DNA of 41,273 nt from a virus, in IMG/VR virus record IMGVR_UViG_3300028584_000124, positions 1-41,273 of that record; one strand, 5' to 3'. The notes under the pieces were generated by a model. It had not been told where the DNA came from, made no database searches, and saw only the letters and a program-made list of their open reading frames with translations. The number at the start of each line of letters is the position of its first letter. Within the stretch, counting starts at the first letter, position 1. The position numbers were made by a program, and so were the translations under genes. Below are positions 7,533 to 15,524 of this stretch, piece by piece.

Positions 7533-7811
7533 ATGGCCATCATCTCAACCGCCCCCACCGATCTGCGCGTTGTCCGCCGCATCCTGGCCGCTATCCGTCT
7601 GCTGCTGAAGGCGGTGCTGGCGGTGACGGTCATCCCCGTGGTCTGGGCAGTCCTCGCCATCATCGGCATTGTCGTGAGCGCCATCCAGGCCCTCATCTCC
7701 TGGGTCGTCGAGACCTATGACGAGATCGTCGACGCCGCTACCGAGACCCACGAGGTGATCGTCAGCGCCCTCCACGAGGAGCTGGACGAACTGATCCACG
7801 CCCCGGCGTAG
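7533..7811 (+). CDS. small membrane protein (holin candidate, adjacent to the amidase)
   Basis: AGGAGAG RBS lies 7 nt before ATG 7533. The hydrophobic core is LLLKAVLAVTVIPVVWAVLAIIGIVVSAIQALISWVV and the C-terminus is acidic. Confidence 0.6.
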   Translation: MAIISTAPTDLRVVRRILAAIRLLLKAVLAVTVIPVVWAVLAIIGIVVSAIQALISWVVETYDEIVDAATETHEVIVSALHEELDELIHAPA

Positions 7812-7842
7812 CCACTTCCCGACCTCTTCCTGTCCAACCGAA

Positions 7843-7880
7843 AGCCCGCCCAGGTGACCCCCTGTGGCGGGCTTTGCTGT
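7843..7880 (+). terminator. stem-loop followed by a T-rich tract (intrinsic terminator candidate)
   Basis: AGCCCGCC (7843..7850) pairs with GGCGGGCT (7866..7873), with inner CAGG/CCTG pairing. TTGCTGTGT follows. Confidence 0.55.
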
Positions 7881-7900
7881 GTCCCGTGAAAGGCATCCCC

Positions 7901-8170
7901 ATGACGACTTCCGTCAACGCCACCCCCGCCCAGCTCTGCGCCGTCAAGCAGGTTGAGGAGGAAGGCACTCCCCAGCAGAAGACCATCCTCGCTCACCTCA
8001 TCGAGCGCCGCCACGCTGGCCTCTCCCAGTTCGAGGCGCTGCACCTCTACCGTGTGGCCGCCCTCCCGCGCCGCATGGCTGACCTCTCCGCAGCTGGCGT
8101 CCCCATCCGCAAGGACCGCCGCGAAGACCCCACCGGCCGCGCCTATGTCCGCTACTATCTGGACCTCTAG
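7901..8170 (+). CDS. winged helix-turn-helix DNA-binding protein (HTH_39-like)
   Basis: LSQFEALHLYRVAALPRRMADLSAAGVPIRKDRREDPTGRAYVRYYL fits the pattern of small phage wHTH proteins (helix, R..DL...G..I, then a wing ending ..Y.L). Confidence 0.55.
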   Translation: MTTSVNATPAQLCAVKQVEEEGTPQQKTILAHLIERRHAGLSQFEALHLYRVAALPRRMADLSAAGVPIRKDRREDPTGRAYVRYYLDL

Positions 8171-8245
8171 GATGCTCGGCTCCCTCTGCGCACTCGTGGC
8201 CCTCTTCATGGCCACCCTCGCTGTTGGCCCGCCCCCGAGCCACCC

Positions 8246-9913
8246 GTGAACCACGAAGAGGACAGCTCCGAGCTAGTCGGCAAGGGGCCGTGCGACAAGT
8301 GCGGCTCCTCCGACGCCCGCGCCATCTACAGCGATGGCCACTCCTACTGCTTCGTCTGCTCCCCCGCCGATGCGTGGCAGCCAGGCGACGGCCAACCGGC
8401 GACCACCGCCAGACACAGGAAGCCCATGGCCAAGGACCTGATCCAGGGAGGCGAGTACCGCGCCCTGGTCACACGCAAGATCAGCGAGGAGACCTGCCGC
8501 AAGTTCGGATACAAGGTCACCACGCTCTCCGACGGACGCACCGTGCAGGTAGCGCCCTACTATACCGACGGCCAGCTCACCGGCCAGAAGGTGAGACCCG
8601 CTGAGAAGGACGATATGTTCTCTGCCGGGTCCATCAAAGGCGAGCTGTTCGGCCAGCAACTGTGGAGCCAGGGCGGTCGCAAGATCGTCGTCACCGAAGG
8701 CGAGATCGACTGCATGTCGGTCTCCCAGGTGCAGGGCAACAAGTGGCCGGTGGTCAGCGTCCCGAATGGCGCGGCCGGTGCCCCCAAGGCGCTGGCGAGG
8801 AACGTCGAGTGGCTCTCCTCCTTCGGCGAGGTCATCCTGATGTTCGACATGGACAGCGATGGCAAGAAAGCCGCCGCCGCCTGTGCCGCCCTCTTCCCGC
8901 CTGGCAAGGTGAAGATCGCCCAGCTTCCTCACAAGGACCCTAACGAGTGCCTCCAGAAGGGGGACACCCAGGCGATCATCTCGGCCATCTTCAACAGCCA
9001 GCCCTACCGGCCGGACGGTCTGCTCCACATCCGGGACATCGCTGCCCAGGCCAAGATGCCCCCGGTCCCCGGCATTGACTGGGCGTGGCCAACCATGACC
9101 GCCTGGACCTATGGCCGCCGCGAGACCGAGTGCTACGGCTTCGGTGCGGGCACAGGCGTAGGCAAGACCGACCTCTTCACCCAGCAGATCGAGTTCGACG
9201 TGAACACGCTGAAGAAGAAGGTCGGCCTGTTCTATCTGGAACAGAACCCCGTCGAGACCCTCTGGCGTCTGGCTGGGAAGATGAAGGGCAAGGCCTTCCA
9301 TGTGGATGACGGGACGTGGACGCTCCAAGAGCGCTCCGACGCCATCGACGAGTTGGCTTCCCACGATTTGATCACCCTCTACCAGTCCTTCGGGCGCTGC
9401 GAGTGGGACACGATCAAGGGCCACATCCGGTTCCTCGCCGTCTCCGAGGGCATCAAGCACTTCTACCTCGACCACCTCACCGCCCTGGCCGACCCGGCAA
9501 ACGAACGGGAAAGCCTGGAGATCGTGATGGAAGAGATGGCCTCCATGGCCAACGAGCTGCGCCTGATCTTCCACTACGTGAGCCACCTCTCGACACCCGA
9601 GGGCAAGTCTCACGAAGAGGGCGGTCGGGTCCTCTCCAAGCACTTCAAGGGTGCCCGCGCGATTGCCTTCTGGTCCCACTTCATGTTCGGCCTAGAGCGC
9701 AACAAGCTGGCCGATGACCCCGAGGAGCGCACCGTCGCCACCCTCCGCTGCATCAAGGACCGCATGACCGGCCGCGCCGATGGGGAAACCCTGCGGCTCA
9801 AGTACGACCGGACCACCTGCCGCCTCAACGAAGAACCCAAGGCCACGTCGCCCAGAAGCGCGGAGGTCTTCAACACAGGAGATGCTCCCGATGAAGATGA
9901 CTGTCCTTTCTAA
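8246..9913 (+). CDS. T7 gp4-like primase-helicase
   Basis: Zn finger CDKCGSSDARAIYSDGHSYCFVC, TOPRIM KIVVTEGEIDCMS and ILMFDMDSDG, Walker A GAGTGVGKT, C-terminus ...DEDDCPF. The start is GTG. An internal Met at 8426 aligns with T7 gp4B Met64. Confidence 0.95.
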   Translation: MNHEEDSSELVGKGPCDKCGSSDARAIYSDGHSYCFVCSPADAWQPGDGQPATTARHRKPMAKDLIQGGEYRALVTRKISEETCRKFGYKVTTLSDGRTVQVAPYYTDGQLTGQKVRPAEKDDMFSAGSIKGELFGQQLWSQGGRKIVVTEGEIDCMSVSQVQGNKWPVVSVPNGAAGAPKALARNVEWLSSFGEVILMFDMDSDGKKAAAACAALFPPGKVKIAQLPHKDPNECLQKGDTQAIISAIFNSQPYRPDGLLHIRDIAAQAKMPPVPGIDWAWPTMTAWTYGRRETECYGFGAGTGVGKTDLFTQQIEFDVNTLKKKVGLFYLEQNPVETLWRLAGKMKGKAFHVDDGTWTLQERSDAIDELASHDLITLYQSFGRCEWDTIKGHIRFLAVSEGIKHFYLDHLTALADPANERESLEIVMEEMASMANELRLIFHYVSHLSTPEGKSHEEGGRVLSKHFKGARAIAFWSHFMFGLERNKLADDPEERTVATLRCIKDRMTGRADGETLRLKYDRTTCRLNEEPKATSPRSAEVFNTGDAPDEDDCPF

Positions 9914-10133
9914 CGCTGTCCGCAAGGTCATGCTGCACTTCGGCTGGGTTCCCTTGGCCGATCTTGAAGCCATGACCGAACTAAAGCGCTGGGCCGTTCG
10001 ACAGGTCGGCGAAGCGCTAGACCAGCGAGACGCCGCTCTGCTCGCAGCCTCCCAAGCCCACGCCGACGCCCGCCTCCTGTCCATGCCCCGTGAAGACGGC
10101 GGGCGTCTCATCCAAGCCATCGTGAGGTACTGA
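9891..10133 (+). CDS. hypothetical protein
   Basis: CAGGAG lies 9 nt upstream of ATG 9891. It overlaps the helicase 3' end. High GC3. Confidence 0.5.
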   Translation: MKMTVLSNAVRKVMLHFGWVPLADLEAMTELKRWAVRQVGEALDQRDAALLAASQAHADARLLSMPREDGGRLIQAIVRY

Positions 10134-10282
10134 TGACTGCCACCATCCTCGACTTCCAACGGGGCATGGCGCTCCTCCGCCCCTCCCATGTCCTCCGGCA
10201 GACCACCACCCGCCTCCACAACCTGTTGGTCGCCAGCCTGGCCCGCCCCCACCACTCACCGCCGGAGCCCCGATGCGCCTGA
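10133..10282 (+). CDS. hypothetical small protein (49 aa)
   Basis: TGATG stop/start overlap with the upstream gene. High GC3. Below the ORF-track length cutoff. Confidence 0.35.
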   Translation: MTATILDFQRGMALLRPSHVLRQTTTRLHNLLVASLARPHHSPPEPRCA

Positions 10283-10398
10283 AGTTACCTTTCGTCATTA
10301 TCAGCCGAGCCCGCTGGGAGCGCATCTGCATGGCGCTCGATGCGTGGCCCCGGCTGCTCGACCACCTGACCAAACAGCCGGAACCCCCGGCCAGCTAG
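10273..10398 (+). CDS. hypothetical small protein (41 aa)
   Basis: ATG 10273 (MRLKLPFVIISRARWERI...), mostly G/C third positions. It overlaps the previous small ORF by 10 nt. Confidence 0.3.
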   Translation: MRLKLPFVIISRARWERICMALDAWPRLLDHLTKQPEPPAS

Positions 10399-10426
10399 GC
10401 GACCTCCGCCATCACGAAATCACCAA

Positions 10427-10455
10427 GCCCTCGGCCTCACCGCCGGGGGCTTTTT
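10427..10455 (+). terminator. rho-independent terminator
   Basis: GCCCTCGGC (10427..10435), loop CTCACC, GCCGGGGGC (10442..10450), then TTTTT. The stem is 9 bp with one G-U pair. Confidence 0.8.
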
Positions 10456-10468
10456 CTTTGGAGACTGC

Positions 10469-11981
10469 ATGGCCCTACGGCTTCTCTACGATCTGGAGAC
10501 CGATGGCCTTGAAGCTGAAGTCACCCAGGTTCACTGCCTCGTAACCGCCAACCTCGACACAGGTGCATACCGCGCCTACGTGCCGCCCTACTATAACCTC
10601 GACCTGATCAGGAAGAACTTCCCTGACCTTGAACACGTCGGCGTCATCGAAGATGGCCTCGACTATCTCGCCACTTCTGACTACTTGGCGGGTCACAACA
10701 TCCTCTCCTACGATAACCCAGTCCTCGACAACCTGTACCCCGGCCGGTTCAACTGGCGGAAGTACAAGCTGCTCGACACCTTGGTCCTCTCGAAGCTGGT
10801 CTTCTCGGACATCAAGGACGGCGACCAAGCGCGCATCAAGGCTGGCACCTTCCCGCCTGGCCTCATGTTCCGCCCCCACTCCCTCGAAGCCTGGGGCTAC
10901 CGCCTTGGCTGCAACAAGGGGGACTACTCGGCCGACATGAAGGCCAACGGGCTGGACCCGTGGGCGAACTTCAACGAGCCCATGCTGGCCTACTGTATTC
11001 AGGACGTTGAACTGAACGTCCAACTGTGGAAGGTCCTGCGCAACAAGAAGCCGGACCCCCGCGCTGTTGAGCTTGAGCTGGAAATCTCCCGCATCATCCT
11101 CCAGCAGGAGCGCAACGGGTTCCCCTTCGACGAACGTAAGGCCGGTGAGCTGTACGCCACCCTGTCCGCCCGACGCCAGGACCTCCTCGACCAGTGCACC
11201 GCCCTGTTCCCCGCCTGGTGGGCTCCCACGACCGTGGCCACCACCTCCAAGGGGCGGAAGGTCAAGCGCCCCGAGTTCGGCACCAAGGTCGTCAAGCGCT
11301 TCAGCCTGACCACCGGCAAGCCGCTGCAGGACCGCGTCGAGGCCATCACCGAGGACTACGTCGAGGGCACCCAGCACACCAAGATGCGGCTGGTCACCTT
11401 CAACCCCTCCAGCCGGGACCATGTCTCCGACCGCTTCATGAAGCTGTACGGCTGGCAGCCCACTGAGTTCGGGAACGACGGCAAGCCGACGGTGGATGAC
11501 GACATCCTCACCGCCCTTCCCTACCCGCCCGCCAAGCTCCTCGCCGAGTACTATATGATCGAGAAGCGGGTCGGCATGTTGGCCGAGGGCAAGCAAGCCT
11601 GGCTGAAGGCAGTCCGCGACCACCGCATCCACGGCCGGGTCAACACCAACGGCGCTGTCACTGGCCGAGCCACGCACTCCAGCCCCAACGTCGCCCAGGT
11701 CCCGTCCATCCACAACGCGGATGGCCCCGTGCCGTTTGGCCGAGAGTGCCGCGAGCTGTTCACTACGGTGTCCAGTGTCCCGGCCCTGGCTGCCCAGTAC
11801 GGCACCGACTGGGTCCTCGTGGGTGCCGACGCCTCTGGTCTGGAGCTGCGCTGCCTGGCGCACTTCATGTCCCCGTTCGACAATGGGGCCTACGCAGACA
11901 CGGTCGTGAACGGAGACGTCCACACCATAAACATGCACGCCGCCGGTCTCGCTACCAGAGCCCAGGCCAAGACCTTCATCT
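10469..11981 (+). CDS. T7 gp5-like family A DNA polymerase, exon 1
   Basis: Exo motif LYDLETDGL, then GRVNTNGAVTGRATHSSPNVAQVP, motif A GADASGLELRCLAHF, and the start of motif B RAQAKTFI. Similarity to T7 gp5 stops after AKTFI, and the frame then runs into a stop at 12029. Confidence 0.9.
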
Positions 11982-12655
11982 TAGAAATCGGGATGACTTC
12001 ACGGGCGACCGTGATGACAAAAACTCTGTGAACTCAGGGAACACCCCACGCGGGCAATCCTGAGCCAAGCCCTGTGCCCCTCTCCCAACTTCCGGGGAGG
12101 TAATCATGAAGCACCCTAACGGAAGGTTCTTCGCAAAGCCCTGCCGCTGCTGCGGCTCTGACTTTGCGCCAGAAGCTCCATCACATTTGTACTGCTCTGA
12201 AAGCTGCAAGCTGGATGGCAATGCACACGCCTACTATATGCGATGCTACGGCATCTCCCTGAAAACTGTCAGGGGGATGGCCGCCGAACAGAACAACCAA
12301 TGTGGCCTGTGTGGTCGCGTCGGCTTCAAGATGACGGCGGACCACCGTAGCTTGCTAAATGTAGATCACTGCCACGCATCGGGCCGAGTTCGTAAGCTGT
12401 TGTGCCACAACTGCAACCGAGCACTCGGCCTACTCCAAGACAACCCGGAGCTGATGCGTAAAGCAGCCGACTATATTGAGGCGCACAGGGAAGGTGCAAC
12501 GACTATCCCTACGGGGAGTAGGCCAGAAGCGATTGCTGGCCGAAGCGCAGAGCCCTCTGGAAACAGAGGTGATGATATAGTCTGGACCCGGCGGCAACGT
12601 CGGGCAGCTTGAACAAAGCGGGCAGGGGCGTAGCGTCCCCTGCTGAACACCCTCG
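11982..12655 (+). mobile_element. group I intron (674 nt) with HNH homing-endonuclease ORF
   Basis: P1 pairs exon TCATCT (11976..11981) with GGATGA (11991..11996), with a U-G pair at the 5' splice site. The intron ends in G at 12655. Core-like segments are GGGCAATCCTGAGCCAAGCC (12052..12071) and GATATAGTCTGGACC (12574..12588). GNRA hairpins are CCTCTG-GAAA-CAGAGG (12554..12569) and a GCAA-loop hairpin (12587..12604). Joining the exons restores AKTFI-Y-AFLYGAG. Confidence 0.8.
12106..12612 (+). CDS. HNH endonuclease (endonuclease VII / His-Me finger type), intron-encoded
   Basis: GGGGAGG RBS. Motif CGLCGR...NVDHCHASGRVRKLLCHNCNRALG (DH.H..G..R.LLC..CN..LG). GC is lower than in flanking DNA. 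The ORF is in a different frame from the polymerase exons. Confidence 0.9.
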   Translation: MKHPNGRFFAKPCRCCGSDFAPEAPSHLYCSESCKLDGNAHAYYMRCYGISLKTVRGMAAEQNNQCGLCGRVGFKMTADHRSLLNVDHCHASGRVRKLLCHNCNRALGLLQDNPELMRKAADYIEAHREGATTIPTGSRPEAIAGRSAEPSGNRGDDIVWTRRQRRAA

Positions 12656-13236
12656 ACGCATTTTTATACGGAGCTGGCGCAGAGAAGATCGGCTCGATCA
12701 CCGGAGTAACGCCCACCGAGATCATCGCTCTGGGCGGCAACAAGACCGTCATCAATCGGCTCATCAAGCAGGGCCGCACGCCCACCCCGGAACTCGTGGC
12801 GACCATCGCCAAGGGCCAGAAGCTGATGGACAGCTTCCTGAACAAGACGCCCGCCCTGAAGGCCCTCCGCAAGAAGGTCGGAGAGAAGTTCAAGGAGACC
12901 GGCACCCTCAAGGGGCTGGACGGCCGGACGCTCAAGTGCCGCTCGGAACACTCCGCCCTCAACACCCTGCTGCAATCCGCCGGTGCCTTGCTCTGCAAGC
13001 GCTGGATCGTGGAGATGCACGCGGCCTTCGAGGAGCGCGGGTGGAAGAACGGCGTGGACTATATGCAGTCGGCATGGGTCCACGACGAAGTCCAAATTCA
13101 ATGCCGAAAGGAAATCGCTGATGAACTCGGCAAGATCGCGACCGACTGTGTCGCAAGAGCCGGGAACTACTTCGGCTTCCGCCTACCACTTGCTGGCGAA
13201 TACAAAGCCGGACAGTCCTGGGCCGACACGCACTGA
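12656..13236 (+). CDS. T7 gp5-like DNA polymerase, exon 2
   Basis: It begins AC|GCA TTT TTA TAC GGA GCT GGC, giving (Y)AFLYGAGAEKIG (T7: YGFLYGAGDEKIG). Further matches are HSALNTLLQSAGALLCKRW and AWVHDEVQIQC (T7 HAALNTLLQSAGALICKLW, AWVHDEIQVGC). The frame is continuous with exon 1 after splicing. Confidence 0.9.
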
Positions 13237-13237
13237 G

Positions 13238-13438
13238 ATGATGGAGGTGCTGGAGACCGCGAGGTCCCCCGGCATCTACACCAAGTCCAACCTGGCCCGC
13301 ACCTATGCGAACGCCATCGCCGAAGCCGCCAGCCGCTGCTGGATCAGCACCCGCCTAGACCACCGAGACTACGGGAGGGTCTGGATGCTGACCACCAGCG
13401 GCCTGGCCACCCTCAACATCGAGAAAGGTCTCGCATGA
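13238..13438 (+). CDS. hypothetical protein
   Basis: ATGATG lies directly after the polymerase stop. 66 aa, high GC3. ATGA overlap with the next ORF. Confidence 0.5.
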   Translation: MMEVLETARSPGIYTKSNLARTYANAIAEAASRCWISTRLDHRDYGRVWMLTTSGLATLNIEKGLA

Positions 13439-13602
13439 ACGAAGACATGAAAATCCCCATGCGCGTGGCCAAGGAGCTGGACGGGCGCATCACGTTCTCC
13501 TTCACAGTTTCGACAGCCGAGGAGCTGGTCTCCGTACTTTCGGAAGAGGCGCTGGACGGCTTGCTCCCGGCCCTCAAGTCGGCGCTGGCGGCACGGCATT
13601 GA
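13435..13602 (+). CDS. hypothetical small protein (55 aa)
   Basis: ATGA overlap upstream. Its stop overlaps the exonuclease TTG start. High GC3. Confidence 0.45.
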   Translation: MNEDMKIPMRVAKELDGRITFSFTVSTAEELVSVLSEEALDGLLPALKSALAARH

Positions 13603-14471
13603 CCCGCACCCTCCTCATCGACGCCGACGTGGTCTGCTACGAAGTCGCCATGTCCGCCGAGGTCGCCGTCAACTGGGCTGACATCGGAGACCCGGACCTC
13701 TGGACCGTCCACGCCCGCCAGCAGGAAACCGAGGTCCGCTTCTCCGCCGCCATCGAAGCTCTCAAGACGAAGCTCGAAGCGGACGAAGTGATCCTCTGCC
13801 TTACGGACGGGAAGAACTGGCGCATGTCAGTCTACCCGCTCTACAAGTCCAACCGCTCCAACAAACGCCGCCCGATGCTGCTGCCCGTTCTCAGGCAGTA
13901 CGCTCTGGATAACTTCAAGACCTACCTGCGGGAAGGCTTGGAGGGCGACGACTGCCTGGGCATCCTCGGCACCCACCCGGCGCTGGTCCCCGGTGACAAG
14001 ATCATCTGCACCAAGGACAAAGACCTGAAGACCATCCCCGGCCGCCACTACAACTGGGGCAAGCCGGAGCTGGGGGTGTTCACCGTGACACCCGAGGAGG
14101 CCGACAGCTTCCACCTTCGTCAGGCCCTGGCCGGTGACGCTACCGACGGCTACCCCGGCTGCCCCGGCATCGGGATGGACACCGCCGAAGCCCGCCTCGC
14201 TGAGAACGTGGCCTGGGAGCAGTACGGCCGCGAGTTCAAGTCCGGCCCCCGCAAGGGAACCACCGAGACCCTCTGGCGGAAGTGCGAGGCAACCAGCCCC
14301 TGGCATGTAGTCACGAGCCACTACGAGAAGGCCGGGATGACCGAGGCTGACGCCCTGGTCCAAGCCCGTGTCGCTCGCATCCTCCGCGCCTCCGACTTCA
14401 ACTTCCAGACCAAGGAGCCCGTCCTATGGGAACCAGACGCACCGATTGCCCCCACTGCGGCGTCGGACTAG
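13599..14471 (+). CDS. T7 gp6-like 5'-3' exonuclease
   Basis: LLIDADVVCYEVAMSAE, LEGDDCLGILG, IICTKDKDLKTIPG, GDATDGYPGCPGIG and ARVARILRASDFNF parallel T7 gp6 blocks (LEGDDVMGVIA, IISCDKDFKTIP, GDITDGYSGIAGWG, QMARILRFNEYNF). Confidence 0.93.
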   Translation: MTRTLLIDADVVCYEVAMSAEVAVNWADIGDPDLWTVHARQQETEVRFSAAIEALKTKLEADEVILCLTDGKNWRMSVYPLYKSNRSNKRRPMLLPVLRQYALDNFKTYLREGLEGDDCLGILGTHPALVPGDKIICTKDKDLKTIPGRHYNWGKPELGVFTVTPEEADSFHLRQALAGDATDGYPGCPGIGMDTAEARLAENVAWEQYGREFKSGPRKGTTETLWRKCEATSPWHVVTSHYEKAGMTEADALVQARVARILRASDFNFQTKEPVLWEPDAPIAPTAASD

Positions 14472-15070
14472 GGCTCATCCACCTGGCTACCTGCCCGGTC
14501 ATGACCAAGACCACCCGCCCCGTGGTGTCCACCGGCGGCGACCCCTTCGGCGACACCGGAACGGAAGACCTCCGCCGAGGCGCTACAGCTACCCGCTTCC
14601 TCGACACGTCCATCGTTGCCGCGCATCTTGCCGGGGCCGAGCTGCTGAAGCGCTACACCGCCACGCAGGGCACCGCCGCCACGCGCTACCCGGACGACAA
14701 CCCCAAGACCATCCACGGGTTCGCCAAGCCGTCCATCTCCCTGGTCCCTCCCGTGGCTATCGTGGAGATGGCCAGGGCCTTCCGCCACGGCGCTGACAAG
14801 TACGGCCCCGCCAACTGGCGCGACAAGCCGGTCACCATCCAGACCTATATCGACGCCGCCTTGCGCCACCTGCTGGCCATCGCGGACGGCGAGGATGTGG
14901 ACCCGGAGAGCGGCTGCTTCCATGCCGCCCATGTCGCCAGCTGCATGGCGATCATCATGGACGCCAAGGCCAGCGGCACCCTTCAAGACCGCCGCCCCAC
15001 CCCCGGCCAGGCCGCCGAGCTGATCCGCCAGTACACCGCAGCCACCGCCCCTCCCACGCCCGCAGTGTAG
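14426..15070 (+). CDS. DUF5664-like (MazG-type all-alpha dATP/dGTP pyrophosphohydrolase-like) protein
   Basis: KPSISLVPPVAIVEMARAFRHGADKYGPANWRDK...YIDAALRHLLAIADGEDVDPESGCFHAAHVASCMAIIMD matches the remembered DUF5664 pattern (KP...L.PP.AL..LA.V..FGA.KYG..NW..G...Y..A..RHL.A...GE..D.ESG..HLAH). AAGGAG lies 9 nt before ATG 14426. An alternative start is at 14501. Confidence 0.6.
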   Translation: MGTRRTDCPHCGVGLGLIHLATCPVMTKTTRPVVSTGGDPFGDTGTEDLRRGATATRFLDTSIVAAHLAGAELLKRYTATQGTAATRYPDDNPKTIHGFAKPSISLVPPVAIVEMARAFRHGADKYGPANWRDKPVTIQTYIDAALRHLLAIADGEDVDPESGCFHAAHVASCMAIIMDAKASGTLQDRRPTPGQAAELIRQYTAATAPPTPAV

Positions 15071-15104
15071 CGATTGCGCAAGTGCAATTGAGTGGCATCT
15101 ATGC
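15068..15104 (+). promoter_or_regulatory. composite site: TTGCGCAA motif (site 4) followed by motif B AATTGAGTGGCATCTAT-GC
   Basis: Palindrome core at 15074..15081 and motif B at 15086..15102, with the same 12-nt offset as at 5089..5125. It lies at the boundary between the replication and structural modules. Confidence 0.6.
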
Positions 15105-15120
15105 ACGAGCACAGGACCTC

Positions 15121-15312
15121 ATGAAGAACCCACCGCCTGTCAGCGAAGCCACGGTCTTGGACCTAGAGGCTCGCTTCCCCGACCGCTGCCCAAACGCCAA
15201 CGCATCCGACCGTGAGGTCTGGCTGGCGGCAGGTGCGGCCGAGGTCGTCCGCTTCCTCCGACATCACTTCGAGGAACAGACCAACCCCCAGCAGGAGGAC
15301 GACGACAGCTAA
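15121..15312 (+). CDS. hypothetical protein
   Basis: ATG 15121 (MKNPPPVSEA...), acidic C-terminus, high GC3. TAATG overlap with the next gene. Confidence 0.55.
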   Translation: MKNPPPVSEATVLDLEARFPDRCPNANASDREVWLAAGAAEVVRFLRHHFEEQTNPQQEDDDS

Positions 15313-15524
15313 TGTGCATCGTCAAGAAACCCAAGGCCCCGGAAGTCGCCATCGGCGCTCCACCGCCTCCTCCCCAGCCCCTCGCCTCCGAACTGACCAT
15401 CGCCCCCTCGAAGTCCAAGAAGAGTGACGCCCTGTCCGCCCAGCGCGGCATCAAGGGCCTCACGATCTCTCGGTCCATCGGTGGCATGGGTGGCGGCGCA
15501 GGGCTGGCGATTGGCGGCACCTGA
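15312..15524 (+). CDS. hypothetical small protein (possible virion or lipid-anchored protein)
   Basis: MCIVKKPKAPEV... is followed by Pro-rich and Gly-rich segments. It is translationally coupled on both sides, directly upstream of the portal gene. Confidence 0.5.
   Translation: MCIVKKPKAPEVAIGAPPPPPQPLASELTIAPSKSKKSDALSAQRGIKGLTISRSIGGMGGGAGLAIGGT

Noticed and set aside
11982-12655. An intein or a simple two-gene split as the explanation for the interrupted DNA polymerase.
   Set aside because: The insert contains stop codons in the polymerase frame, and the HNH ORF is in another frame with its own RBS, so it is not an intein. The canonical U-G P1 pairing, the terminal G and the exact restoration of motif B favour an intron over two independent polypeptides.
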